Positions 43,964 to 51,410 of a stretch of 64,000 nt of DNA are shown one piece after another. The notes beneath the pieces were generated by a model. The model worked only from the letters and a program-made list of their open reading frames with translations. It did not search any database and was not told the origin of the DNA. The stretch comes from Dehalococcoidia bacterium (lineage in GTDB: Bacteria; Chloroflexota; Dehalococcoidia; Lucifugimonadales; UBA3495), in NCBI GenBank assembly GCA_963665735.1, contig OY762444.1, positions 1,867,547-1,931,546 on the forward strand, in the 5' to 3' direction. The position numbers were made by a program, and so were the translations under genes. Numbering within the stretch: the first letter of the stretch is position 1; each line of letters opens with the position of its first letter.

Positions 43964-44749
43964 TTACTCTTCGGCTACGATGTAGTTGCGGAGAGTGCCG
44001 ATGCCGCTGATTTCCACTTCGATGGTATCGCCGGGGCGCATATCGCCGTCGGCGCCCTGGGTTCCCATCCAAAGCACGTCGCCGGGGTGCAGGGTGGCGT
44101 AGCGGCTCAGTTCCTGAATCCAGGTGGCCGCGTCCCAAATCTGGTCCGCCGAGGAAAAGTCCTCCCAGACCTGGCCGTTGTGCCGGACGATTATCCGCAG
44201 GTTGGTGGGGTCTAGGCCGGTGACGATAAAGGGGCCAAGGGGCTTGAATGTATCGCAGTTCTTGCCTCGGAACATGGTTCGGTCGTTGCTTTGCCAGACC
44301 CGTTGGCTGATGTCGTTGCCGATGGTATAGCCGAAAACGTAGTCCAGGGCCTCGGAGGCGGGGACGTTGCGGGCCGGTTTGCCCATGACCACGCCCAGCT
44401 GTCCCTCGGGTTGGACGGCGCCGGAGCAGTCCCGGGGAACGACGATGTTTTCCTCGGTGGCGATGATGGCGTGGACGGAGCGGAAGTTGGGTTCGGGAAT
44501 GGCGGGATAGGACGGCGGCGCGCCCCGGCGGGCGGCCATGCCTTCCACGTGGCCCCGGTAGTTGGGGCCGGCGGCGTAGAGCATGGGCGGGATTATGGGG
44601 GCCAGCAGCTTGACGGCGGAGAGGGTTTGACTAACGCCGGTCTTTTCGTAGCCGTGGATGGGATGGCCGGATACCTGGCTGATGGTGTTATCGTCCTCAA
44701 CGATTCCGTAGCTGGTCTGGTTTTCCGACTGGTAGCGGCACCATTTCAT
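43964..44749 (-). CDS. Fumarylacetoacetate hydrolase (FAH) family protein
   Basis: 261 aa. MKWCRYQSENQTSYGIVEDD... and GKNCDTFKPLGPFIV are typical FAH-fold motifs. Confidence 0.8.
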   Translation of the reverse strand: MKWCRYQSENQTSYGIVEDDNTISQVSGHPIHGYEKTGVSQTLSAVKLLAPIIPPMLYAAGPNYRGHVEGMAARRGAPPSYPAIPEPNFRSVHAIIATEENIVVPRDCSGAVQPEGQLGVVMGKPARNVPASEALDYVFGYTIGNDISQRVWQSNDRTMFRGKNCDTFKPLGPFIVTGLDPTNLRIIVRHNGQVWEDFSSADQIWDAATWIQELSRYATLHPGDVLWMGTQGADGDMRPGDTIEVEISGIGTLRNYIVAEE

Positions 44750-44855
44750 AACTTGTCTCCCGGTTTAAGGTGAAGGTTTTAGGGCGGGTTGTCCTTTCCG
44801 ACAGGGTGCCACCCCCTCCCTAACCCTCCCCCTCGTAGGGGGAGGGGATTTTTCG

Positions 44856-44972
44856 CGCACCCCCTCAGGGGTAGGATTTGTGACGCACCCTTTCAGGGGT
44901 AGGGATTTTGTGACGCATCCTCTCAGGGGTAGGGATTTTGTGACGCACCCTTTCAGGGGTAGGGATTTGTGA
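44856..44972. repeat. Tandem repeat, 4 x 28-30 bp (CGCACCCYYTCAGGGGTAGGGATTT(T)GTGA)
   Basis: Units lie at 44856..44883, 44884..44913, 44914..44943 and 44944..44972. Each contains a short ACCCC/GGGGT hairpin. There are no spacers. Confidence 0.85.
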
Positions 44973-44990
44973 CAGGGCCTCTTGGGTTGG

Positions 44991-45815
44991 TTATTTCAAC
45001 CGGGCGGCTACTCTGGCCGTCGCCCGGTTGTCGAACCAGCCTTCCTCATAGTACAGGATTTCCAGGCCGGCGCAGTCCTGGCGCAGCTCCCCCGGCTCCG
45101 CCAAGTATTGACGGGAAGGGCTTTCGTGGCGTTTGATGCGACTTGGCCCACCCGATAGGTAACTTGTCTCAAACGGGTGGGCCGGCGCGCCGGGTTCGAT
45201 GCGACTTGGCCCACCCGATAGGTAACTTGTCTCAAACGGGTGGGCCGGCGCGCCGGGTTCCGGGTTTGCAAGGCAGAGCACTTCGCCCAGGAAGATGCCG
45301 CCGGGTTGGAGTTTGGCCCGGATGGCCGGGAAAAGGTCGCGCTGGCGGTAGAGGAAACAGGTCACAACGTCGAAAGCGCCGTCGCCGATGAAATCCAACG
45401 ACGGCTGGGTTTCCAGGTCGGCCTCGATGGTCTTGACGGTCAATCCCTTTGCTTGCAGGTTCTGGCGGGCCAGTTCCAGGCCGGCGGGGGAAATGTCCAC
45501 CGCCGTAACGTCCAGGCCGCGGGCCGCCAGCCAGCCGGAGATGCGCCCGGCGCCGGCGGCCAGGTCAAGGGCGCGTCCTTGAGTTGGAACCAGATGCTCA
45601 ACATCGGCCAGCCAGCGGGGAGCCGGCAGGGGAACAGGGCCGGATTCGATGCGACTTGGCCCGCCCGACAGGTAACTTGTCTCAAACGGGCGGGCCGGCG
45701 CGCCGGGTTCGATGCGACTTGGCCCGCCCGACAGGTAACTTGTCTCAAACGGGCGGGCCGGCGCGCCGGGTTCCGAGTATCGGGCATCCCATCTAACGCG
45801 GTCGGACTCGGCCAT
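44991..45815 (-). CDS. Class I SAM-dependent methyltransferase (TehB-like small MTase) carrying four in-frame 21-aa repeat insertions
   Basis: Motif I is GRALDLAAGAGRISGWLAARGLDVTAVDISPAGLELA. EPGAPA(R/H)PFETSYLSGGPSRI occurs x2 near the N-terminus and x2 near the C-terminus. Confidence 0.75.
   Translation of the reverse strand: MAESDRVRWDARYSEPGAPARPFETSYLSGGPSRIEPGAPARPFETSYLSGGPSRIESGPVPLPAPRWLADVEHLVPTQGRALDLAAGAGRISGWLAARGLDVTAVDISPAGLELARQNLQAKGLTVKTIEADLETQPSLDFIGDGAFDVVTCFLYRQRDLFPAIRAKLQPGGIFLGEVLCLANPEPGAPAHPFETSYLSGGPSRIEPGAPAHPFETSYLSGGPSRIKRHESPSRQYLAEPGELRQDCAGLEILYYEEGWFDNRATARVAARLK
45135..45260. repeat. 63-nt hairpin element, tandem dimer inside the CDS (site A)
   Basis: Two identical 63-nt copies (45135..45197, 45198..45260). 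The stem is GGCCCACCCG/CGGGTGGGCC around a 19-nt loop. Confidence 0.9.
45648..45773. repeat. 63-nt hairpin element, tandem dimer inside the CDS (site B)
   Basis: Two identical 63-nt copies (45648..45710, 45711..45773). The stem is GGCCCGCCCG/CGGGCGGGCC, a compensatory change relative to site A. Confidence 0.9.
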
Positions 45816-45840
45816 TTTTCACTCCTCCCGCCTGGCTGTC

Positions 45841-46135
45841 CGGCAGGTGCGGGCGCACGGCGGTGCGCCCCTACGGTCAAGAGGTACGGGCGCAAGGCGG
45901 TGCGCCCCTACGCTCAAACGGGTGGGCCGGCGCGCCGGGTTCCGGCAACCTTCATTTGACAGGTAAACCGGAAGTCCGTTCGTGGTGAGCTTGTCGAACC
46001 ATGAACGGACGGCCCTTCGACAAGCTCAGGGCGAACGGGAAATGACCATCATTTCAAGGTTATTCGCCTACTAGTGGCTAGTGGGTAGAAGGCGGCGGAA
46101 ACCAATCACTAACCATTGTCCACTAACCACCAACT
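45841..46135. repeat. Intergenic mosaic: two degenerate family-4 palindromes, a half copy of the 63-nt element (45913..45942), family 6 (45973..46040) and heptamers
   Basis: The composite of family 6 plus CCATCATTTCAAGGTT.TTCGCCT..AGTGGCTAGTGG is shared with 39088..39210. Confidence 0.8.
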
Positions 46136-46475
46136 AAGCGTTCCAGAAGTTGGCTACGGCGGCGTCGGGGAGGAGGAACTCGAATCCGTTGCGCTCGGCG
46201 TACTGGCGGTCAATGTCGGTGTCGCCGATGTGGTAATAAACGGCGGCGGGAAACTCGGCCTTAACCTGGTCAAGCTGGTGTTTCAGGACGGTGAACTGGA
46301 CGGGGATTTGGTGTTCGCTCCAGATGCGCTGCTGGCTGCGAATCATGCGGTCGGAGCAGCTGCCGATGATGTAGCCGGAATCGCGGGCGGCGCGCACCAT
46401 GTCCATGGTCACGCAGCCGGGGGGGTCGCCCACTTCCAGGGTGCCGTCAATGTCGAAACTTATCAGCTTGGCCAA
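46134..46475 (-). CDS. Small HAD-superfamily hydrolase-like protein
   Basis: MAKLISFDIDGTLEV carries the DxDxT motif. Length 113 aa. Confidence 0.6.
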   Translation of the reverse strand: MAKLISFDIDGTLEVGDPPGCVTMDMVRAARDSGYIIGSCSDRMIRSQQRIWSEHQIPVQFTVLKHQLDQVKAEFPAAVYYHIGDTDIDRQYAERNGFEFLLPDAAVANFWNA

Positions 46476-46614
46476 GTATGTTCTCCTTTTGGATTCCGGC
46501 TTTCGCGGGAATGGCGGTTTAAGGCGTGGGATTTCACCCCCAACCGTAGGGGCGGGCCTTTACATTGAAACGTCAGGCCGCCCCTACCCCACGAGGGGGA
46601 AGGGATTTTTGGGT

Positions 46615-47931
46615 TTAACTGGGGTGTTTGGCGAGCATGAGCCAGCCGCCGCTGCTGGGAGTGCTGAAGGCGCACAGGGCGGTTTCGCAGCGGATTTGGA
46701 TTTGGCGGGGGCCGGCGGTTCCGCGGAGCTGCTCGATGCTGTCGGTGTACATGGCGGTGCGGGTGCGCCCGTTGCCCAGGTTGCCGCCGCTGGAACTGAA
46801 GGGATGCGGGCCTTCGACCCGGATGTCGCCGGCGTAGAAGGCGAAGGCGTCGCCGCGCTGGACGCCGTGCCATTGGAAGCCTTCGAGGAAGAATTGGGTC
46901 ATGGTGGCGTAGCCGTCGTAGGGGTTGAAGACGTCCACGTCCTGGGGGTGGAGGCCGGCGCCCTGGTACATTCGTTGGGCGGCTTGGTCGGTCCACTGTT
47001 CGATTTCGTCCAGGTCGGGCTGGGTGGTGCGCTGGCGGAAGTTGTGCTGGGAGTGGTTGAGGACGTAAACCGGGGGCTGTTTCAGGTCGCGGGCGCGCTC
47101 GGCGGTGGTGAAGAGGTAGGCGGCGGAGGCCTGCACCGGGCGGTCGCAGTCCCAGATGCGGAGGGGGTTGAGGATGTAGCGGGAGTTGACGTATTCGTCG
47201 ACGGTAATCTGGTCAATGCCGTGGTTGGCGTTGAAGCCCCAGGGGGTCATCAGGCCGTTGCGGTGCTGGTTCATCACGAAGGGGGCCAGGTCGTCGTGGT
47301 GGCCGCCGTATTTCAAGCAATACTGGTTGTGGGGGAAGATGTTGATGAAGTCATTGCCGCCGTGGTTGCCCCAGGGCACGGTCCACTGGCGGGGGCCGCG
47401 GGCGTAGTCGTCGGCGTTTTCGCCGCCGCGGCGGTAGCGGCCTTCCAGGTTGCCGGTGGGGTAGATGACGAGGCAGGTGTTGCAGCGTCCGTCGCCGACG
47501 GCCTGGGAGGCCCAGCCGACCATTTCGCCGATGGTGGGTACGTTGTCGGGGGCGTATTTGACGTTTTTGAGGCCCATGTTGTCGATGAGCCACTGGGCGT
47601 TGATGAGGGTGAGTCCCCATTCGGAGTCGTAGGGCGGGTCGAAGTAGGGCCGGGGGTCCCAACGGGAGGCGGAGCCGCCGCTGGCGCCGGCGATGTGGCT
47701 CTGGCAGACGAGGATGCCGTCAATCTGGTCGGGGGTGACGCCGGCGTCGTCCATGGCCCGTTGGCAGGCCAGGATGGTGTAGGCGCCGAGGGATTGGTCC
47801 ATGGAAACGCCGTCCCAACGGCGGTCAACGGGGGAGTGTCCCACGCCGGCGACGGCCACCTGGCCGCGATGTTCCCAGACGCCGAGGCCGTCCTTGTCGC
47901 GGCGCCACTGGTAGTTGTCGTTGGTTGTCAT
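46615..47931 (-). CDS. Thiolase-like (SCP-x/lipid-transfer-protein-like) protein
   Basis: 438 aa. GQVAVAGVGHSP...ILACQRAMDDAGVTPDQIDGILV is thiolase-like. It is paired with an upstream DUF35 OB-fold gene, as is usual for this family. Confidence 0.7.
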   Translation of the reverse strand: MTTNDNYQWRRDKDGLGVWEHRGQVAVAGVGHSPVDRRWDGVSMDQSLGAYTILACQRAMDDAGVTPDQIDGILVCQSHIAGASGGSASRWDPRPYFDPPYDSEWGLTLINAQWLIDNMGLKNVKYAPDNVPTIGEMVGWASQAVGDGRCNTCLVIYPTGNLEGRYRRGGENADDYARGPRQWTVPWGNHGGNDFINIFPHNQYCLKYGGHHDDLAPFVMNQHRNGLMTPWGFNANHGIDQITVDEYVNSRYILNPLRIWDCDRPVQASAAYLFTTAERARDLKQPPVYVLNHSQHNFRQRTTQPDLDEIEQWTDQAAQRMYQGAGLHPQDVDVFNPYDGYATMTQFFLEGFQWHGVQRGDAFAFYAGDIRVEGPHPFSSSGGNLGNGRTRTAMYTDSIEQLRGTAGPRQIQIRCETALCAFSTPSSGGWLMLAKHPS

Positions 47932-47965
47932 GGTTAATCCTCGCTAGTTGTCGGTTGCCGGGCAG

Positions 47966-47993
47966 GTAGGGGCGCACGGCCGTGCGCCCCTAC
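47966..47993. repeat. Family-4 28-nt perfect palindrome between the DUF35 and thiolase-like genes
   Basis: GTAGGGGCGCACGGCCGTGCGCCCCTAC. Confidence 0.9.
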
Positions 47994-48004
47994 CGTTGGG
48001 CTGG

Positions 48005-48415
48005 CTATTGTATGACCCGCCATTCGTGGATTAGCTGGTCGGGGGCGACTTCCTCAAAGACCACCTCGACGGCGGCGCCCACCGGGACTTCATAAGGGGG
48101 AGTGCCGGGGAGGTTGGAGTAGAAGTTGACGGTGGTGTCCTGGTCCAGGGTAATCAGGGCCAGGTTGTAGGGCTGGTCGGGCATCCGGCGGTTGAGGCGT
48201 CCGTCCTCGATGACGATATAGGTGGCGACGTGGCCCTTGCCCTCGACTTCCTGCCATACCAGGTTGTCCGGGGAGCCGCAGACCTGGCAGGCGGCCTGGG
48301 GCGGGTATTGGAGCTTGTCGCAGACGGTGCAGCGTTGCAGCACCAGCCGGCGCCGGTTGACGCCATCCCAGAAGGGCTGGCTCAAATCGTCGGCGACGGG
48401 GATGACCTTCGGCAT
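48005..48415 (-). CDS. Zn-ribbon/OB-fold protein (DUF35 family)
   Basis: PFWDGVNRRRLVLQRCTVCDKLQYPPQAACQVCGS shows the CxxC...CxxC rubredoxin-like knuckle, followed by an OB-fold segment. Confidence 0.8.
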   Translation of the reverse strand: MPKVIPVADDLSQPFWDGVNRRRLVLQRCTVCDKLQYPPQAACQVCGSPDNLVWQEVEGKGHVATYIVIEDGRLNRRMPDQPYNLALITLDQDTTVNFYSNLPGTPPYEVPVGAAVEVVFEEVAPDQLIHEWRVIQ

Positions 48416-48567
48416 GGTATAACTCCTGGTTGGGTGTCCGCGGGGGCGGTTTCAACCGTGCTAGGATAGTGCAGGTTTCAACCGCCCGTCAAATGCGGTT
48501 TGGGCCGGGGGATTTGCTGGTACAATGTTAATGGGACGAAGGGGCGGTTTGGAGCGGAGCGCCGGGT

Positions 48568-49266
48568 ATGTGCGGACGGTTTGACCTGAACGAACATCAA
48601 TTGAAGATAAACTTCGGCGTTGACCTGGGCGGGCTGTCCCTGCCGGATGACGGCCCTGCGGTCTTGCCGGCGTACAACATCGCGCCCACCAGCCGGGTGT
48701 TGACCATCCTGTCCGACGGGTACGGGAATCAGCCGCGGCTGATGCGGTGGGGGCTGGTGCCCCGGTGGTCGAAAGAGATTAACTCCCGGTACGCCATGAT
48801 TAACGCCAGGGACGACCGGATATTGACCACCAAATCGTATGCCGGCCCGTTCAGGAACCAGCGCTGCCTGATTCCGGCCAGCGGGTTCTACGAATGGAAA
48901 CGCGGCCCGAGACAAGCGCGGTGGCCGGTGCGGTTTACGCTGAAATCGGAGGATACCTTCGCCTTCGCGGGGATTTGGGAACGGGCGCGTCCCGGTGGGG
49001 AAGAGGTCTTGTCCTGCTCGATTATCACCACGGCGGCCAACCGGCTGGTAAGCACGATTCACGACCGGATGCCGGTGATTCTGGCCCCGGAGGATTACCG
49101 GCGCTGGATGGACCCGCGCAACGAAAACGTGGAAGACCTGCTGGAACTGCTGCGGCCCTACGACGCCGGGTTGATGAAGGGCTACCCGGTTTCCAACGAG
49201 GTCAACGACGCCAGGAACCAGGGGCCGCATCTGGTAGAGGCGGCGGGGCCGGAACTGATTTTCTAG
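48568..49266 (+). CDS. SOS-response-associated peptidase (SRAP/YedK-like abasic-site processing protein)
   Basis: It starts with MCGRF (catalytic Cys2) and shows CLIPASGFYEW and HDRMPVIL. Confidence 0.85.
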   Translation: MCGRFDLNEHQLKINFGVDLGGLSLPDDGPAVLPAYNIAPTSRVLTILSDGYGNQPRLMRWGLVPRWSKEINSRYAMINARDDRILTTKSYAGPFRNQRCLIPASGFYEWKRGPRQARWPVRFTLKSEDTFAFAGIWERARPGGEEVLSCSIITTAANRLVSTIHDRMPVILAPEDYRRWMDPRNENVEDLLELLRPYDAGLMKGYPVSNEVNDARNQGPHLVEAAGPELIF

Positions 49267-49281
49267 CCGAAGGAGCGATTT

Positions 49282-49881
49282 ATGACCACGCAAGAGCCGG
49301 TTAACGTCAAGGTCTGGTTTGACTACACTTGACCCTTCTGCTACGTGGGCCTGGTCAGGCTGGAACAGGTAGCGCGGGAAATTCCCATGACCATTGACCG
49401 GCGGCCTTTTTTGTTGCAGCCGGACAAGCCGCCGGAGGGAACGGAGCGGCCCATGCGGGAGGGGGAGACGGCGACGGAGCTTTCCGCCGCGTGGCAGGAA
49501 CGGGCCGGCGCGCTGGGCGTCACCATGCGCCGCCCATCATGGTCGCCCAACACCAAGCTGGTGCATGAGGCGACGCTTTTCGCCAAGGAACGGGGACGGG
49601 ATGGGGAATTTCACCACCGGGCGGCCCGGGAATACTGGGAGTCGGGGGCCGACCTGGGCGATGCTGCGGTGGTGGAAAGACTGGCCCGGGACTGCGGGTT
49701 GGACGCATCCGAACTGCGGGCTGCGTTGGATTCGGGGCGGTTCCGGCAGCAGGTGGTTGACGAAGACCAGGCGGCGCGGGGATTGGGAATCGGCGGCACG
49801 CCCACCTACCAGGTCAACGGGGGCGAACCGACTTTCGGCGACTTGAGCGCCGACGACCTGCGGGCGTTGATTGGGAAGTGA
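49282..49881 (+). CDS. DsbA/FrnE-like thiol:disulfide oxidoreductase with an in-frame TGA at the first redox position (candidate selenoprotein, U-P-F-C)
   Basis: ATG 49282 has GAAGGAG 6 nt upstream. The product MTTQEPVNVKVWFDYT-[TGA 49330..49332]-PFCYVGLVRLEQVARE... is in frame with ORF 49345..49881. The family motif is (W/F)xDxxCP(F/W)CY. Confidence 0.6.
49340..49373 (+). promoter_or_regulatory. SECIS-like hairpin downstream of the in-frame TGA
   Basis: Lower stem GCUAC/GUAGC (49340..49344 / 49369..49373). Upper stem GGCCU/AGGCU (49348..49352 / 49357..49361). Apical loop GGUC (49353..49356). Confidence 0.45.
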
Positions 49882-50040
49882 GGCGGGGGTTTACCCCCAC
49901 CCCAACCCTCCCCCTAGTAAGGGGAGGGAGTATCTTTTGGCCTGGCCCTCTTTCGGTGGAGGGAGTGTCTTTTGGCCCGGTATTTTCCCAAGGCGGGATG
50001 GATTTAAGATTGACGGCAAATGCAAGGGAGGAAAAACAAC

Positions 50041-50340
50041 GTGATTAGGCAACTGCGTATCTACACCATCAACAAGGGACACCTGGACGATTTCGTACAG
50101 GGCTGGCTGGCCGGGGTTTACCCGCTGCACTTGGAACAGGGCTACAAGATTGAGCGGGCGGGAACGGTGCCGGAGCGGAACGAATTTGTCTGGGAAGTGT
50201 CCTACGACGGGCCGGAGGACTGGGACGCCAAGCAAGAGGCGTATTATAGTTCCCCGGAGCGGCTGGCCCTGGACCCGGACCCGGCGCAGTGGATTGCCAA
50301 GCGGGATGTCTGGTTCGTCAACTCCGTCCTGCCGGAGTAG
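50041..50340 (+). CDS. NIPSNAP-like small alpha/beta-barrel protein
   Basis: ORF 50020..50340 trimmed to GTG 50041, which follows AAGGGAGG. The product reads VIRQLRIYTINKGHLDDFVQGW... Confidence 0.55.
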   Translation: MIRQLRIYTINKGHLDDFVQGWLAGVYPLHLEQGYKIERAGTVPERNEFVWEVSYDGPEDWDAKQEAYYSSPERLALDPDPAQWIAKRDVWFVNSVLPE

Positions 50341-50344
50341 GGAC

Positions 50345-51405
50345 GGCTTTCGCCGGAATGAGGTGGGGGGTGTGAATGGCGGCGCGGGCGGTTGCCGGCG
50401 CAGGCACGTCATACCGGCGTAGGCCACTTTTAATGTCGTGTCTTCCGCTACGCTACGGACACAGGCCAGGAATCCTTGCCCACGGGTACGCTGTTCTATG
50501 CGTGGCTTTTCTGGATTCCGGCTCCTTCGGCTACGCTCAGGACAGGTTTCTTCGGAATGACGGTGGGGCAACCCTCATGTCGCCCGTAACTCCCATCATG
50601 TTACCCTGAACGAAGTGAAGGGTCTAAAATTCCTTCGTTAAAGCGGCGTTGGTTTCAGGCAAGGATTTGAGATTCTTCGCTTTACTCAGAATGACATGGA
50701 AGGGCCGGCGATTCCGCGTTTTGACTTGGATTTGGATTCCGGCTCCTTCGGCTACGCTCAGGACAGGTTTCTTCGGAATGACGGTAAAGAGGTCTGGGAA
50801 TGATGGCGGTGGGCGGTTGCCGGCGCAGGCACGTCATACCGGCGTAGGCCACTTTTAATGTCGTGTCCTCCGCTACGCTACGGACACAGACCAGGAATCC
50901 TTGCCCACGGGTACGCTGTTCTATGCGTGGCATTTCTGGATTCCGGCTTTCGCCGGAATGACGGTGGGGGCAACCCTCATATCGCCCGTAACTTCCATCA
51001 TGTAACCCGGAACTCCCACCATGTTACCCTGAACGAAGTGAAGGGTCTAAAATTCCTTCGTTAAAGCGGCGTTGGTTTCAGGCAAGGATTTGAGATTCTT
51101 CGCTTTGCTCAGAATGACATGGGGGCGCTCAGAATGACATGGAAGGGCCGGCGATTCCACGTTTTGGCTTGGACTTGGATTCCGGCTTTCGCCGGAATGA
51201 CGGGTTCGGGCCGGGAATGATGGTGGGCGATTCCAGGCGCAAGCACGTCATACCGGCGAAGGCCACTTTTAATGTCGTGTCCTCCGCTCCGCTACGGACA
51301 CAGGCCAGGAATCTTTGCCCCCAAGTGCGCTGTTCTGTGCGTGACATCTCTGGATTCCGGCTTTCGCCGGAATGACGGTGGGGGGCGGGGATGATTTTTC
51401 GCATA
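50345..51405. repeat. About 1-kb gene-free array: roughly 2.5 tandem copies of a composite unit of about 420 bp (families 3, 2, 5)
   Basis: The family-3 variant CACGTCATACCGGCG.AGGCCACTTTTAATGTCGTGTC.TCCGCT occurs at 50406, 50828 and 51240. The family-5 block is repeated at about 50601..50745 and 51024..51185. Confidence 0.8.
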
Positions 51406-51410
51406 TCCCA

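Noticed and set aside
44856-44972. Possible CRISPR array (regularly spaced units of about 29 bp).
   Set aside because: The units are directly adjacent with no unique spacers, there are only four copies, and no cas genes occur in the window.
45135-45260. tRNA-like T-arm word (GGGTTCGATGCG) inside the 63-nt element; possible tRNA gene or tRNA-derived SINE.
   Set aside because: No complementary T-stem, acceptor stem or anticodon arm can be drawn. The only strong structure is the 10-bp stem around a 19-nt loop.
49345-49881. The ORF-track start (GTG 49345) as the true start of the DsbA-like gene.
   Set aside because: That start would delete the redox motif. Upstream in the same frame there is an ATG with a strong Shine-Dalgarno and the conserved WFDYT-x-PFCY segment, interrupted only by TGA. 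A plain pseudogene (TGC to TGA) remains the alternative and is noted in the finding.
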